From a virus (lineage: Duplodnaviria > Caudoviricetes), in the IMG/VR virus record IMGVR_UViG_3300020156_000029, positions 208-64,207 of that record: a stretch of 64,000 bases of DNA, one strand, 5' to 3'. Both the position numbers and the translations under genes were made by a program. How positions within the stretch are numbered: the first letter of the stretch is position 1; every line of letters starts with the position of its first letter. Below the pieces are notes generated by a model. The model was not told where the DNA came from. It worked only from the letters and a program-made list of their open reading frames with translations, and did not search any database. Below, in pieces: positions 9,788-20,384 of this stretch.

Positions 9788-10469
9788 CGTCGCGCGCGAT
9801 CCCGCGCTGACCGGCGGCGTCGGCTCGCCGGAGGTGACCGACCTCGAGCGACGCGCGGCCGACACGGTGAAGACCGGCCGGGTGATCGAGACCGACTACG
9901 CCAAGGCGCGCGTGCGCGTCGGCATCGGCGACCCCGACGACGCCGAGGGCTACATCAAGACGGGCTGGCTCCCCATGGCGGCCGGCCGCTCCGACGAGTG
10001 GAACCCGCTTCAGTTCGGCGAGGCCGTCGTCGTGCTCTCGGAGAGCGGCGAGCTTCAGAACGGCGTCGTCATCCCAGCGGCGATCAACAGCACCGACAAC
10101 CCGGCCGTGGGCGATCGCGGCGACCTGTGGCGGAAGGACTTCCGCGACGGCTCGTCGATCCAATACGATCTGGCGTCGAAGACGATGCTGACGACCGTGG
10201 GCGGAGCGACCACAACGCTGACGGAGGACCGGATTGTCCACAAGATCGGCGACGCGACGATCACGATGGTCGACGGGAGCATCACCCTGGCCGCCGGCGG
10301 GGAGACTTTCGTAGTCGGCCGCGACGGCGCGGCGTCCAGTGGCCGGATCAGGGGCCACAACGGCCTTGAGATCACCGGCGAGCCATTCACGCACAACGGC
10401 AAGGATGTTGGGGCGCAACATCGCCACGAGAACTCCGGCGGGCCGGCTGTCGGCGGCGTCCCCGTCTAA
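9780..10469 (+). CDS. Baseplate spike protein (P2 gpV family)
   Basis: OB-fold 'TGWLPM...GEAVVVLSESG', beta-helix, C-terminal HxH iron-binding 'QHRH'. Confidence 0.9.
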   Translation: MFNVARDPALTGGVGSPEVTDLERRAADTVKTGRVIETDYAKARVRVGIGDPDDAEGYIKTGWLPMAAGRSDEWNPLQFGEAVVVLSESGELQNGVVIPAAINSTDNPAVGDRGDLWRKDFRDGSSIQYDLASKTMLTTVGGATTTLTEDRIVHKIGDATITMVDGSITLAAGGETFVVGRDGAASSGRIRGHNGLEITGEPFTHNGKDVGAQHRHENSGGPAVGGVPV

Positions 10470-10520
10470 GGCGACCGGACCCGCCCCGATTGCGGGTCGC
10501 GCGCGCGATACCTTGGCGGC

Positions 10521-13500
10521 ATGACCGACACCTTGCCGATCTCCGTCCGCCTTCAAGACCTGGCCGAGGCCCCCGCTCTGTCGCTGAACGACAAGCTCCC
10601 CGTGGGGCAGGGCGAAAGCCGCCTACGCGGCGCGTCCCTCAACACGCTCGTCACCTTCCTTCGCGAGCATCTGTCCGACATCTTCGCGGATGGTGCGGAC
10701 GGCCGCTCGGCCGAGATGCGCGTCTCTGGCGGCAAGGTGCAATGGCGTCAGGTCGGCACGGTGACGTGGATTGACCTGTTCTCCTTCACGGACGTTCAGG
10801 GGCCGAAGGGCGACAAGGGCGACGCTTTCCAAGTCAACGCCATCGGCGTCATCTCCGAGCGCGGCCAATACAACGATCAGCCCGAGAACTTCTCCTTCTT
10901 CGCCACCGACGAGGGCCTTCTCTACTTCCGAGAGGGCATCTCTGGGTGGTCGACCGGCATCCCCTTCGGTAAGGGCGACCCTGGCGCGCAGGGGGCTCCC
11001 GGTGTTGACGGTGACGACGGCCGCGAGGTCCAGCTTCAGAAGACGGCGACGCACATCCAATGGCGGCTCGGCAATACAGGGTCGTTCACGAACCTCGTCG
11101 CTCTGGCGGACCTGAAGGGCTCGGATGCTTCTGTCACCCAGGCCAACGTCACGGCCGCCCTGACGGACAAGGCCGCCTTCCTCACAGCCCTGGGTCTCGG
11201 CAACGCCGCAACTCGAAGCGTCGGCACCACGGCCGGGACGGTCGCGGCGGGCGATGACGGGCGCATTACGGGGGCGGTCCAGAAGTCAGCCAACCTTGGC
11301 GATCTGGCCGACCGGGTCGCGGCGCGAGCGAACCTCGGCCTGGGCTCGGCGGCGACCTTGAGCGTCGGGACGGCGGTTGGCACCGTTATGGCGGCTGATG
11401 ATGAGAGGGCCATCGGCGTTTCGGACTTGGAAGCCCTGCGCGCCCTGTCCCCCGGCGCGTCGGTCGCTATCGACAGGGCGTTTGTTTCATGCCGGTCCAG
11501 CGCCGGAGACGGCTACGACGGAACTTTCATCTGGGTTTCGGGAGATCAATCCGCCAATGTGTCGGCCGATCCGCTGCGCGGGGTGTGGGTGCCGCCGTCC
11601 GCGCAGCCAACCGGCGCGTCTGGCGCGTGGCGTAGGCTCTACGATTTCCGACTTCGGGTCGAGTGGTTTGGCGCGCGCCCGTATTCGGAGAGCGCCTGGA
11701 AGGCCGCCAGCGGGGCCGTGATCGACAGTTCTTCCGCCTTTCAGGCGGCGCTCAACTTTGCGGGCCATGGTGGCGGCGGAGAGGTTCTCGCCCTCGGCCA
11801 GTTCTACTTGATCAACAATCTAGGGCTTCGCACTCCTCCCGGCGTCTTTTTGATCGGTTCCGGCCATGGAATGTGGTCGCCGTCGTTCCTGACCGAGCCG
11901 AAAACTTGGGACGGAACCAACCTCGTGTTCGGAGGGGCGGACAGCAACCCGATCCAGATTCCCGGCGTCACGTCCATGAAGACCGCCGGTGGTTGGAGGA
12001 CCGACCCCGACAATCCCGCGCGCGTCTTCAAACTCAACTCTCTGATGAACGCCAACGCCGCCGGCTCGGCTCCGGCCACGCCAAAGGCTCTGCGCGTCGC
12101 GATCGCGAATCGTGACCCCCAAGAGCCCTGTGGCGTCCGCGATATGCGAGTCGTTCCCTGGATCGGCGCGGACGGCATTTCCGACTACGAAAGTCACGAC
12201 ACCGCCAGCACAGACCTGGGCGACGCTTGGGATGTCGGCGTCCTCCTGAACGATGCGGAGCAGGGACTTTACGAGAACCTCCAAATACGGGGTTACTGGC
12301 GAGAATATGGCCTCCTTGAGGTTTCGGCCGGCCAGGCCCGGTGGGGGCGCTCTGAAGGAAATGTGATCCGCAGGGTTTCGGCTCAGGGTTTTTGCGGCTT
12401 CGGTGTGCGCTCGGGTGATGTGTCGAAGGTATTGTCGACCACGACGAATAGCGTGACTATCCGGTGGTCGGATGAGAGTTACTGGCCCTCCTCTGGGCGT
12501 CTCGAACTGCTCGGGCTTGGGTTTACGACTTATAGCGGCGTGTCGCGCGCCGGCGATGAGCTTACGCTCACCGGCATTCCGATTGACCCCACCGGCGCGA
12601 CGCAAGTCCGTAATGGCTATCGCGGGACAGGCTTTTCGACGGGCCTGCTGGATAGCGTTGAGGGGTGGGCGCTCTGGCACCACTCTGGAAAGAAAGCCGA
12701 AGAACTCGGCCTCGGCATCGCTAAGGGGGCGGAGTTCAGCGGCTTCCCGCTTCGCGGTCTGCATGGCCTGAACTGCTCGTTCTTCGGCGAGGACGGTGAC
12801 AGCATCAACACTTTCTTCCACGACTGCGACGACATGGTGCTGGTCGGTGGGAAGTTCGAGATTGGCCACATGGTCGCATCGCCCAATGCGGCCATCGCCC
12901 TGGGCGGCAACTCACTGGCGGTCGCCGCCCAGGGCGAGACCTTGAATCTTCGACTAGGCTCCTATGTCTCGTCAAGCACTCGCCGCGATCTCTTTACCCC
13001 CCGCTCCGGCCAGTTTGATCAGATTCAGTTCAACCCCCCCGACCGGCTAAACTCGAACTTCTTGTTCGAGGCAATGTCGTGGCAGGACATTATCCATCGC
13101 CTTGCGTCGGGCAAGCTGCATCAGATTATGAGGAGCGACGGCGTGACGCCGGTCGCTATTTTCCGCGACACGGGCAATGTCGACCTGCGCGGTCAAGTTA
13201 ACTTTGGTCCCATTGGCGGCAACGCCTTCATTAACTGGCAGTCAGGGTCGGGCGTGTTCTTCCGAGAGGGGCTGACCGCGCGGCTTGAGATTCAATCGAC
13301 AGGGCACATTCTCCCCGGAGCGGATGCGACTCAGAATTTCGGTAGTCCCTCCAAGCGTGTGAAGGAGTATTTCGGAAGCCTTGGGGCTATCAACACGTCG
13401 GACGCGCGCGAGAAGACGCCAGTTCGCCCCTTGTCAGGGGGTGAAATAGCCGCCGCTCAGACACTCGCCAGCGAAATCGGAGCCTACCGATTCCTCAACG

Positions 13501-13805
13501 CCGTGGCCGAGAAGGGCGAGGATGCGCGCGAACACGTCGGGATGACCGTGCAGCGAGCAATAGAGATCATGGAGATGCACGGCCTTGATCCGTTCGCCTA
13601 CGGCTTCATCTGCTACGACACCTGGCCCGAGTCCAGCGAGCCTGCGGAGTTCGACGAAGATGGGGCCGAAGTCCGACCGGAGGTCGTTCAACCGGCCGGT
13701 GATCGCTACTCCTTCCGTCACGATCAACTGTGCCTGTTTATCGCTCGGGGACAGGAGGAGCGCGTTCGCGCCGCCGAGGCGCGGATGGCGGCGGCGGGTA
13801 TCTAA
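10521..13805 (+). CDS. Tailspike/tail fibre with beta-helix and C-terminal S74 intramolecular chaperone
   Basis: Collagen-like GxxGxx segments, duplicated 'LGLGxAATxSVGT' repeats, 'VEWFGA...DSSSAFQAAL' beta-helix start, 'INTSDAREKT...HVG' and 'YSFRHDQL' chaperone motifs. Confidence 0.85.
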   Translation: MTDTLPISVRLQDLAEAPALSLNDKLPVGQGESRLRGASLNTLVTFLREHLSDIFADGADGRSAEMRVSGGKVQWRQVGTVTWIDLFSFTDVQGPKGDKGDAFQVNAIGVISERGQYNDQPENFSFFATDEGLLYFREGISGWSTGIPFGKGDPGAQGAPGVDGDDGREVQLQKTATHIQWRLGNTGSFTNLVALADLKGSDASVTQANVTAALTDKAAFLTALGLGNAATRSVGTTAGTVAAGDDGRITGAVQKSANLGDLADRVAARANLGLGSAATLSVGTAVGTVMAADDERAIGVSDLEALRALSPGASVAIDRAFVSCRSSAGDGYDGTFIWVSGDQSANVSADPLRGVWVPPSAQPTGASGAWRRLYDFRLRVEWFGARPYSESAWKAASGAVIDSSSAFQAALNFAGHGGGGEVLALGQFYLINNLGLRTPPGVFLIGSGHGMWSPSFLTEPKTWDGTNLVFGGADSNPIQIPGVTSMKTAGGWRTDPDNPARVFKLNSLMNANAAGSAPATPKALRVAIANRDPQEPCGVRDMRVVPWIGADGISDYESHDTASTDLGDAWDVGVLLNDAEQGLYENLQIRGYWREYGLLEVSAGQARWGRSEGNVIRRVSAQGFCGFGVRSGDVSKVLSTTTNSVTIRWSDESYWPSSGRLELLGLGFTTYSGVSRAGDELTLTGIPIDPTGATQVRNGYRGTGFSTGLLDSVEGWALWHHSGKKAEELGLGIAKGAEFSGFPLRGLHGLNCSFFGEDGDSINTFFHDCDDMVLVGGKFEIGHMVASPNAAIALGGNSLAVAAQGETLNLRLGSYVSSSTRRDLFTPRSGQFDQIQFNPPDRLNSNFLFEAMSWQDIIHRLASGKLHQIMRSDGVTPVAIFRDTGNVDLRGQVNFGPIGGNAFINWQSGSGVFFREGLTARLEIQSTGHILPGADATQNFGSPSKRVKEYFGSLGAINTSDAREKTPVRPLSGGEIAAAQTLASEIGAYRFLNAVAEKGEDAREHVGMTVQRAIEIMEMHGLDPFAYGFICYDTWPESSEPAEFDEDGAEVRPEVVQPAGDRYSFRHDQLCLFIARGQEERVRAAEARMAAAGI

Positions 13806-14164
13806 TGCCCGGCGTAAACCGCTTCACCGGCAAGCCGCTGCTAGACGGCTGGACGCACACCGTCCAGTCGCTCGGCGTGCTGTTCACGACTCCGAAGGTG
13901 TCGCGCGTCATGCGCCGGCACCTCGGGACGAACATGCCACGCCTGGTCGACGCTCCGATCTCTCCGGTGACCCTGATCGACTTCTACGCGGCGATCGCCG
14001 AGGCGGCCAAGTACGAGCCGCGCTATCGCGTGTCGCGCATGGCGGTTGAGGGCGCGACGTCTGGCGGTCACCTCACCATCGCTATCCAAGGCGTCTACTA
14101 CCCGAGGGGTCATCTAGGCGACTTTAGCGTCTCCGAACCGAAGACCGTGAAGGTGCCGCTGTGA
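13805..14164 (+). CDS. Baseplate wedge protein (P2 gpW/gp25 family)
   Basis: 'GVNRFTGK...HTVQS...TPKVSRVMRR...YEPR'. Confidence 0.9.
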   Translation: MPGVNRFTGKPLLDGWTHTVQSLGVLFTTPKVSRVMRRHLGTNMPRLVDAPISPVTLIDFYAAIAEAAKYEPRYRVSRMAVEGATSGGHLTIAIQGVYYPRGHLGDFSVSEPKTVKVPL

Positions 14165-14303
14165 TCGACAATCTCGAAGCGTCGATCCTCATGACGCGGC
14201 TCGCGCCGCACAAGCGCGAGCGCCTGATCGCCGAGGCCGGCGGCAAGGTGATCGACCTCCGCGCCGTCTTCGCGCGCGAGCAAGCCCAGAACCGGAGGCG
14301 CGC

Positions 14304-15200
14304 ATGACGACTCGATTCGTCGCCGACAATCTCGACCTGTCGCGCCTTCCCGCACCCGAGGTTGTGCGCGGCGTGAACTACGAGACGATTCTGGCCGAGC
14401 GCCTGGCCCGCCTCAAGGAACTCTGGCCCGACTTCGACATGGAGGGCCTCGAGACCGACCCTTCCGTCGTCCTCGAGCAAGTCGCCGCTTATCGCGAGAT
14501 GCTGGGCTACGCCGCGATCAACGACGCGGCTCGCGCGCTCATGCTCGCGTTCAGCGAGGGGTCGGACCTCGACCACCTGGCGGCCTTCTACAGCGTCCAG
14601 CGCCACCTCCTGCAGGCCGCGACACCGACGACTCCGGCCGTCTACGAGAGCGACGACGACCTCCGCCGCCGCGTCCAGCTTGCGCCCGAGGCGCTCCCCT
14701 ACGCCGGCATGACCGGCGGCGGCTACCGCTCACTCGCGCTGAAGACCGCGCCGAGCGTCAAGGACGTCTCCACGGTAAAGCGCCCCGGCGGCCGGGTCGA
14801 CGTGGTGCTCCTGGGCCGAGCGGGCGACGGCACGGTTCCGGCCGAGGTCGTCAGCACCGTCTACTCCGCCTTCAAGGACGACGAGGCGACGCAACTCACC
14901 GACATCGTGTCGGTGCGCGCGGCCGAGATCGTGCCCTACGCCATCGACCTGAAGCTCCGTCTCCGCCGAGGCCCTGATCCAGCGCTCGTCAAGGCGACGG
15001 CGCTGAAGGCCGTCGAGGCCTATGTCGCCAGCCGCCACCGCGTCGGCCTGCCCGTCTATGTCCAGATGATCGAAGCGGCGGCCAGCGTCGGCGGCGTCGA
15101 ACGCGCCGACGAGATCGGCGGCCTGGCCGATGTCGTGCCCGAGCCGTTCCAAGCGGCCTATTGCACGGCCATCACCATCACCCACGAGGTCTCTGAATGA
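14304..15200 (+). CDS. Baseplate assembly protein J
   Basis: 'DLSRLPAPEVV', 'INDAARALMLAF', 'ESDDDLRRRVQLA'. Confidence 0.92.
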   Translation: MTTRFVADNLDLSRLPAPEVVRGVNYETILAERLARLKELWPDFDMEGLETDPSVVLEQVAAYREMLGYAAINDAARALMLAFSEGSDLDHLAAFYSVQRHLLQAATPTTPAVYESDDDLRRRVQLAPEALPYAGMTGGGYRSLALKTAPSVKDVSTVKRPGGRVDVVLLGRAGDGTVPAEVVSTVYSAFKDDEATQLTDIVSVRAAEIVPYAIDLKLRLRRGPDPALVKATALKAVEAYVASRHRVGLPVYVQMIEAAASVGGVERADEIGGLADVVPEPFQAAYCTAITITHEVSE

Positions 15201-16483
15201 CCGACGTGACGCTTCTCCCGCCGAATCGCACGGCCTGGGAGACGGCGATCGCCACCGTTGAGGCGGAGCGCCCGATCCCGGCGCACCTCGTCAAGTCGGT
15301 GATGAACCCGTCGACGTGCCCCGAGCACCTCCTGGGCTACCTGGCGGCGGCTCTGTCGGTCGACGTCTGGGATGAGAACTGGCCCGAGGTCAAGAAGCGC
15401 GAGGTCTGCCGCGATGCCTTCCGCCTGCACCGGCTGAAGACGACCCCGGCCGGCATCAAGGCCCACGTCGCCCTCACCGGCGCGGAGGTGAAGCGCATCA
15501 TCCGGCCGCCGGCCATGGGCTTCCGCTACGCGGCCATGACCGAGGAGGCGCGTGCGGCGTGGATGGAGCGCTTGCCCCAGGTCCGCGTCTACCCGCTCTA
15601 TCGCCGCTCCACGGCGAAGAATCGCGGCTTCTTCAAGGGGCCCGGCGCGCCGCATCAGTTCCGGGGCGTCGGATGGCGTCGCCCAACGCGCGGCCGGTCG
15701 CTCTACGCCAAGCGCGCGACCTTCTACGATCAGGGCGTCGAGACCGAGGTCCAGTATTCGGCCTTCGACGGCGGCCTCGTCGAGCAAATCTACATTGGCG
15801 GCACCCGCCGGCGCGACTGGCGCGGCGCGGGTCACTACGGGCGCGGCTACGCCACGGCCACCGACGCCGCCGACAACGTCGTCACAATCCGCACCGATGA
15901 GAGCCTGGGCCTGACGGCCATCGGGCGCGGGGTGACGCCGATCGACGTGCGGCCCCAGCGTGTCGCCCAGGGCCGGATAGCCCCGGCGACGCGGTCGTTC
16001 TTCGGCCGCTTCCGCGCCTACGGCACCGGAGAGGAGGCCGGCTATCTAGACACGGGCAACGACGAGGTGCTGGCCGACGTCACCCTGGGGCGCGGCCGGA
16101 GCAAGCGCTTCCGCCTGGCGTCGCACGCGGCGCTGATGATCTACGACAAGATCAGCCTGCACGATCCCGACCGCATCGGTGCGCGCCGCCGCGTGAGGAG
16201 CTTCTATGGCTACGGCCGCCATGGCATCGCCGACTTCACGGCCGAACTCCGCATCAGCGTTCCGATGAAGCGCGGCGTGCGCCGCTCGGGGCGCTGGCAC
16301 GGTGTCGGCTACCGCAAGGCGGCGGACATGGCTCCGCTGCGAAAGGCTATTGAAGCCGTCCGCGTGAGCAAGGCCTTCCGCGATACGGTGCTGATTGACA
16401 CGGCCACTCACGGCCAAGTGCGGTTCTCGGGCGGACTGACGTTCGGCGAGTTCACGTTCGGCGAAATCAAAGAGGTCCGATAG
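15197..16483 (+). CDS. Tail protein I (P2 gpI) with long Arg/Gly-rich extension
   Basis: 'LLPPN...NPSTCPEHLLGYLAAALSVDVWDENWPE'. Confidence 0.85.
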   Translation: MTDVTLLPPNRTAWETAIATVEAERPIPAHLVKSVMNPSTCPEHLLGYLAAALSVDVWDENWPEVKKREVCRDAFRLHRLKTTPAGIKAHVALTGAEVKRIIRPPAMGFRYAAMTEEARAAWMERLPQVRVYPLYRRSTAKNRGFFKGPGAPHQFRGVGWRRPTRGRSLYAKRATFYDQGVETEVQYSAFDGGLVEQIYIGGTRRRDWRGAGHYGRGYATATDAADNVVTIRTDESLGLTAIGRGVTPIDVRPQRVAQGRIAPATRSFFGRFRAYGTGEEAGYLDTGNDEVLADVTLGRGRSKRFRLASHAALMIYDKISLHDPDRIGARRRVRSFYGYGRHGIADFTAELRISVPMKRGVRRSGRWHGVGYRKAADMAPLRKAIEAVRVSKAFRDTVLIDTATHGQVRFSGGLTFGEFTFGEIKEVR

Positions 16484-18736
16484 ATGGAAAGTCGCTTTAT
16501 CTCCCAAGACGGGATGGATAACGACGCCCAAGACCTGAACGTCATCCAAGATCACGTTCAGAGCGCGATGGAGCACGTCGTCGGCGACGGCATCACGGAT
16601 GACCGCAAGTTCGCCGGCTTCGCCTCGGTCGCCACCGGCACCGCCGAGGTGACTGTCGCCGCCGGCCGCCTGTATTCGAGCGGCAGGGTATACAATCGCG
16701 ACGCCGATTTCGTGAAGGATTTCACCACGTCGCTTCCCGTTGCGACGAAGAAGATCGTGCTCGTCGTGGTCTGGGGCTCCGAGGTCGAGACCAACAGCGT
16801 TCCGCGCGAGTTCCTGATCAACGAGGAGACCGGCGCGAGCGAGCCGCGCGTTGTCGCGACCGAACTGGCGCGCGTCGCCAACATCAACGTCGCCTCCGGC
16901 ACCGAGTCGCCCGACCCCGTCGACCCGATCGTCGATGCCGGCGTGCTTCCCGTCGCGCGCATCATCCTGACCCCGACCGGCGTCCAGTCGGTCGAACTGA
17001 TCGCCGAGAACAAGCTCGATAGCGTGAAGTCGGTCGCCGCGCGCACCAAGTCCCTCGAGGGCTTCCGCGACGTCGCCGCCCCGCAAATCGTCTCCCTGGC
17101 GTCGGACCTGGCCACCCTGAAGGTCGCCTCGCAAGGCAATGTCAATCAGGCGGTCTACGGTCGAATGCTGGCCCGCCTAGCCGTGATCGAGGAGCAGGCC
17201 GGCATTCCGTCCAACGCCGCCGACTCCGATTGCGACTTCTTCCTCGACACCGAGGAATCGGACCTGACGCACGTCAACTTCCTGGCCAAGGTCGAGGAGG
17301 GCATTCGCTTCGCCGACGAGAACGCGAACGAAAGCGTCCTGGCGATCTTCGACGGCCTGAACCCGCGCGCCAAGATCACCGGCGGCGTCATGCTTCCCGC
17401 CTACTCCCGCTCGCGCCGCCTCGCTGTCGGCCCGCGTCAGGGCGAGGTTCAGGTTTCGGCCTACTCGTATCAGACGAACCAAATGGTTCAGAAGACCATG
17501 GCCCGCCAGCGTGTCCGCTACGGCGAGGAGTTCACCGTCTGCACGAACAGCGCGTGGTGGCAGACCGGCCAATACGACTACCTGACGTCCACGTTCGCCC
17601 GCGCCGGCGAGACCTTCGAGGTCTCCTTCACCGGCACGAGCTACGGCCGTGGCCACGAGATCATGCGCGCCCGCCGCTATTGGGTCGATGTGGTTCAGGA
17701 GACCTATTGGGACAGCGTCACGATCAACCACGCCGTGCCTGGCGCTCAGGTCGCCGAGACCTTCCTGAACTCCAACGATATGTGGCTGGACGCGGTCGGC
17801 CTGACCTTCACGCGCCTGGCCGCCTCGGGCGGCATCACCCTGGCCATCGTCGAGGTCGAGAACGGCGCGCCGAAGCTGGACGCGGCCATCTGCGTCACCT
17901 CGGTCGACCGCGCGAGCCTGGTGCTGAACTCCGAGACCGTCATTTCGATCCAGCCGACCTTCCTCGAAGGCGGCAAGCGCTACGCCATCGTCGTCATCTC
18001 GGCCGCCGATCACTGGCTGGCCACGACCCAGGGCACCAACTTCCCGCAAGGCACCTTCTTCTACGTGCTGGACGGTGCCTATCAGCAAGGCGACGGCACC
18101 CGCGACCTGTGCTTCAATCTCTATGCCGCGAAGTTCACCTCGTCGCGCGCCGTGATTGAGATGTCGCCGCTGTCGCTGTCGGGCGGCATCACGAGCCTGG
18201 ACATCCTGGCCGACGCCGTCGTGCCCGACTCGACCCAGATGACCTACGAGATTCAGGTCGGGTCGGTCTGGCACCCGGTCGCCGCCGTCACCGAGTCCGT
18301 CCTGGGCGCGGGTGGAAACATCCCGCCCCTGGTCCCGCTCCGCATCGTCTTCACCGGCACGCCCGACGTGATGCCGGCCGTGAAGCTGACGGGCTCGCGC
18401 GTTCGCGTGTCGCGCCCCCGCACTTCGCTGGTCCACATCACCAAGGAGCGCACGCTCCCGGCCCCGTCGACGCAAATCCGCGTCATCGGCCGCCTGGAAT
18501 ACTTCGATGCGGTCCACCACACCGCGACCGCGAAGCTCCGCACGGGTGCCGGGTTCGACACGATCGTCAACGCCTCGTCGTTCTCGGACGTCACGGCCGA
18601 TGATGGTTCGATCGAGCGGACATGGCTGTTCAACCTGGGCGCGGCTGTCAGCGCCTACAAGATTCAATGCGAAGCCACCACGGACTCCGCCCTGCGGACC
18701 TTCCACTACGGCTGGCGCAAGGACTACGCGCTCTAA
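16484..18736 (+). CDS. Large baseplate/tail-associated structural protein
   Basis: 750-aa ORF translationally coupled to gpI, phage-typical codon use. Confidence 0.65.
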   Translation: MESRFISQDGMDNDAQDLNVIQDHVQSAMEHVVGDGITDDRKFAGFASVATGTAEVTVAAGRLYSSGRVYNRDADFVKDFTTSLPVATKKIVLVVVWGSEVETNSVPREFLINEETGASEPRVVATELARVANINVASGTESPDPVDPIVDAGVLPVARIILTPTGVQSVELIAENKLDSVKSVAARTKSLEGFRDVAAPQIVSLASDLATLKVASQGNVNQAVYGRMLARLAVIEEQAGIPSNAADSDCDFFLDTEESDLTHVNFLAKVEEGIRFADENANESVLAIFDGLNPRAKITGGVMLPAYSRSRRLAVGPRQGEVQVSAYSYQTNQMVQKTMARQRVRYGEEFTVCTNSAWWQTGQYDYLTSTFARAGETFEVSFTGTSYGRGHEIMRARRYWVDVVQETYWDSVTINHAVPGAQVAETFLNSNDMWLDAVGLTFTRLAASGGITLAIVEVENGAPKLDAAICVTSVDRASLVLNSETVISIQPTFLEGGKRYAIVVISAADHWLATTQGTNFPQGTFFYVLDGAYQQGDGTRDLCFNLYAAKFTSSRAVIEMSPLSLSGGITSLDILADAVVPDSTQMTYEIQVGSVWHPVAAVTESVLGAGGNIPPLVPLRIVFTGTPDVMPAVKLTGSRVRVSRPRTSLVHITKERTLPAPSTQIRVIGRLEYFDAVHHTATAKLRTGAGFDTIVNASSFSDVTADDGSIERTWLFNLGAAVSAYKIQCEATTDSALRTFHYGWRKDYAL

Positions 18737-18748
18737 GGAGAGAGAACG

Positions 18749-18925
18749 ATGGCCGAGGCCACCTACAAGAAGTCCAAGAGCGGCTACTACAAGGTCGCGA
18801 TTAACCGGGTCTGGGAGCACGAGGGCTTTCTCTACAAGCCCTCGGCCGGCCTAACGGTCAATGAGGACATCCTCAAGGCCATGATCGCGGACGGCGTCGC
18901 CGAAAACATCCTGCCCGCCGACTAA
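18749..18925 (+). CDS. Small hypothetical protein (58 aa, absent from the ORF track)
   Basis: AAGGAG RBS, ATG at 18749, TAA at 18923; fills the gap between tail genes. Confidence 0.65.
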   Translation: MAEATYKKSKSGYYKVAINRVWEHEGFLYKPSAGLTVNEDILKAMIADGVAENILPAD

Positions 18926-18936
18926 GGCCGCATCGC

Positions 18937-19935
18937 ATGGCGCTTCCCGCCGAACTGGACTTCACCGCGAATCCCGCTGCGACCCCTGCGCGCATGGATC
19001 GGGCGATGGAATACATCGTCGCCCGCTTCCGCGCCGTGGAGGCGGTGCAGCCTGACTTCCTGGCCGCGATCGAGACGCTGAAGGCGGTCGGCCTTGACCG
19101 CCTGGCCGAGGCCCTGATCCCGGTCTTCGATCAGGCCAACGGCATCGCCGCCACGCTCGAGGCTCTGAAGACGGAGTGGGAGGCGGACCTCACTCGCGAA
19201 CAGGTCCGCGACGACGTGACCGAGCGCGTAGTCGAGGAGTTCGCCGACTACCGCCACCGCTATCTCGGGGCCAAGTCGGAAGCGCCGACCGAGCGCGAAG
19301 ACGGCTCGGCTGTCGCCGTGGGCGATATGTATTTCGACCTGGGCCTGGACGCGATGCGCGTGCTGGGTGCGAGCGGCTGGAAGAACGCCGGATCGTCGGT
19401 CGCCGGCATCATGGAGCAGTTCGCGCTCACCGCGACTGCTGGCCAGACGTCGTTCGCGATCCCCGAGGGCTACGAGCCGGGGTACTTGATCGTCTACGTC
19501 AATGGCATCGCGCTCGAGACGGGCGACTACACCGCCACGAACGGAACGACGGTCGTCTTCGCCGAGGGCCTGTCGGCCGGCGACAGCGTGTCGGGTGTGA
19601 AGTTCGGCTCGGTCAACCTAGCGACCGTCTACAACAAGACCCAATCGGACTCGCGCTACGCACCGGCCGGCCAGTCCTATACCAAGACCGAGTCCGATGC
19701 GCGTTACTCGAACGGTATCACACAGTCGGCCGCCGATAACCGCTACGCCAAGAACGACCTGTCAAACCTGCCGAACGCTTCGGCGGCGCGCCAGAACCTC
19801 GGCCTGGGTTCGGCGGCGGCCCGCAACGACGCCTTCTTCCTGAAGACCGGCGCGGGCGTCACCGGCACGGTCTCCGCCGGTACCGCCGCGCCCTCGGGTG
19901 GTTCGGACGGCGACGTCTACTTCCGCTACACCTGA
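18937..19935 (+). CDS. Tail fibre-associated protein
   Basis: 'YLGAKSEAPT...GDMYFD', 'ATAGQTSF', C-terminal 'APSGGSDGDVYFRY'. Confidence 0.7.
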   Translation: MALPAELDFTANPAATPARMDRAMEYIVARFRAVEAVQPDFLAAIETLKAVGLDRLAEALIPVFDQANGIAATLEALKTEWEADLTREQVRDDVTERVVEEFADYRHRYLGAKSEAPTEREDGSAVAVGDMYFDLGLDAMRVLGASGWKNAGSSVAGIMEQFALTATAGQTSFAIPEGYEPGYLIVYVNGIALETGDYTATNGTTVVFAEGLSAGDSVSGVKFGSVNLATVYNKTQSDSRYAPAGQSYTKTESDARYSNGITQSAADNRYAKNDLSNLPNASAARQNLGLGSAAARNDAFFLKTGAGVTGTVSAGTAAPSGGSDGDVYFRYT

Positions 19936-20360
19936 TGACGCTGCACCTCAGAGTCGGCGGCGCGCAAAAGGAGTGCCATCCGCATGTGCGGGTCGGCGGC
20001 TCCTGGCGCACGGTTCAGGAGGCCTTCGTCAGGGTTGGCGGCGGCTGGCGGCGGTTCTATGTGGCCCTGACCGCGTCCGCGACGCCCAACTCCGCCAGTG
20101 GATCGCGGACAGGGCTCGGCTACGTGACGACAAACTCGGTGACCGTCTCCGTTTCCGGCGGTTCGGGCTCCTATTCCTATGCTTGGTCCACTCCTGGGTT
20201 CGAGGTTGTCTCGTCAGGATCACCGACGACCGCATTCCGGTTTTTCGCGGATGCCGTTCCAACGAGCCAGAACGCCTCGGCGACATGCACCGTCACGGAC
20301 ACCGTCTCCGGCGCGACCGCGACGGTTTCCGTTCCGTGCTCCTTCACCGCTACTCCATAG
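19935..20360 (+). CDS. Tail fibre tip/Ig-like protein
   Basis: 'VRVGGSWR..V.EAFVRVGGGWR' repeat followed by Ser/Thr-rich beta domain. Confidence 0.6.
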   Translation: MTLHLRVGGAQKECHPHVRVGGSWRTVQEAFVRVGGGWRRFYVALTASATPNSASGSRTGLGYVTTNSVTVSVSGGSGSYSYAWSTPGFEVVSSGSPTTAFRFFADAVPTSQNASATCTVTDTVSGATATVSVPCSFTATP

Positions 20361-20384
20361 AACGGGGGTCACCGCTCACACCGC

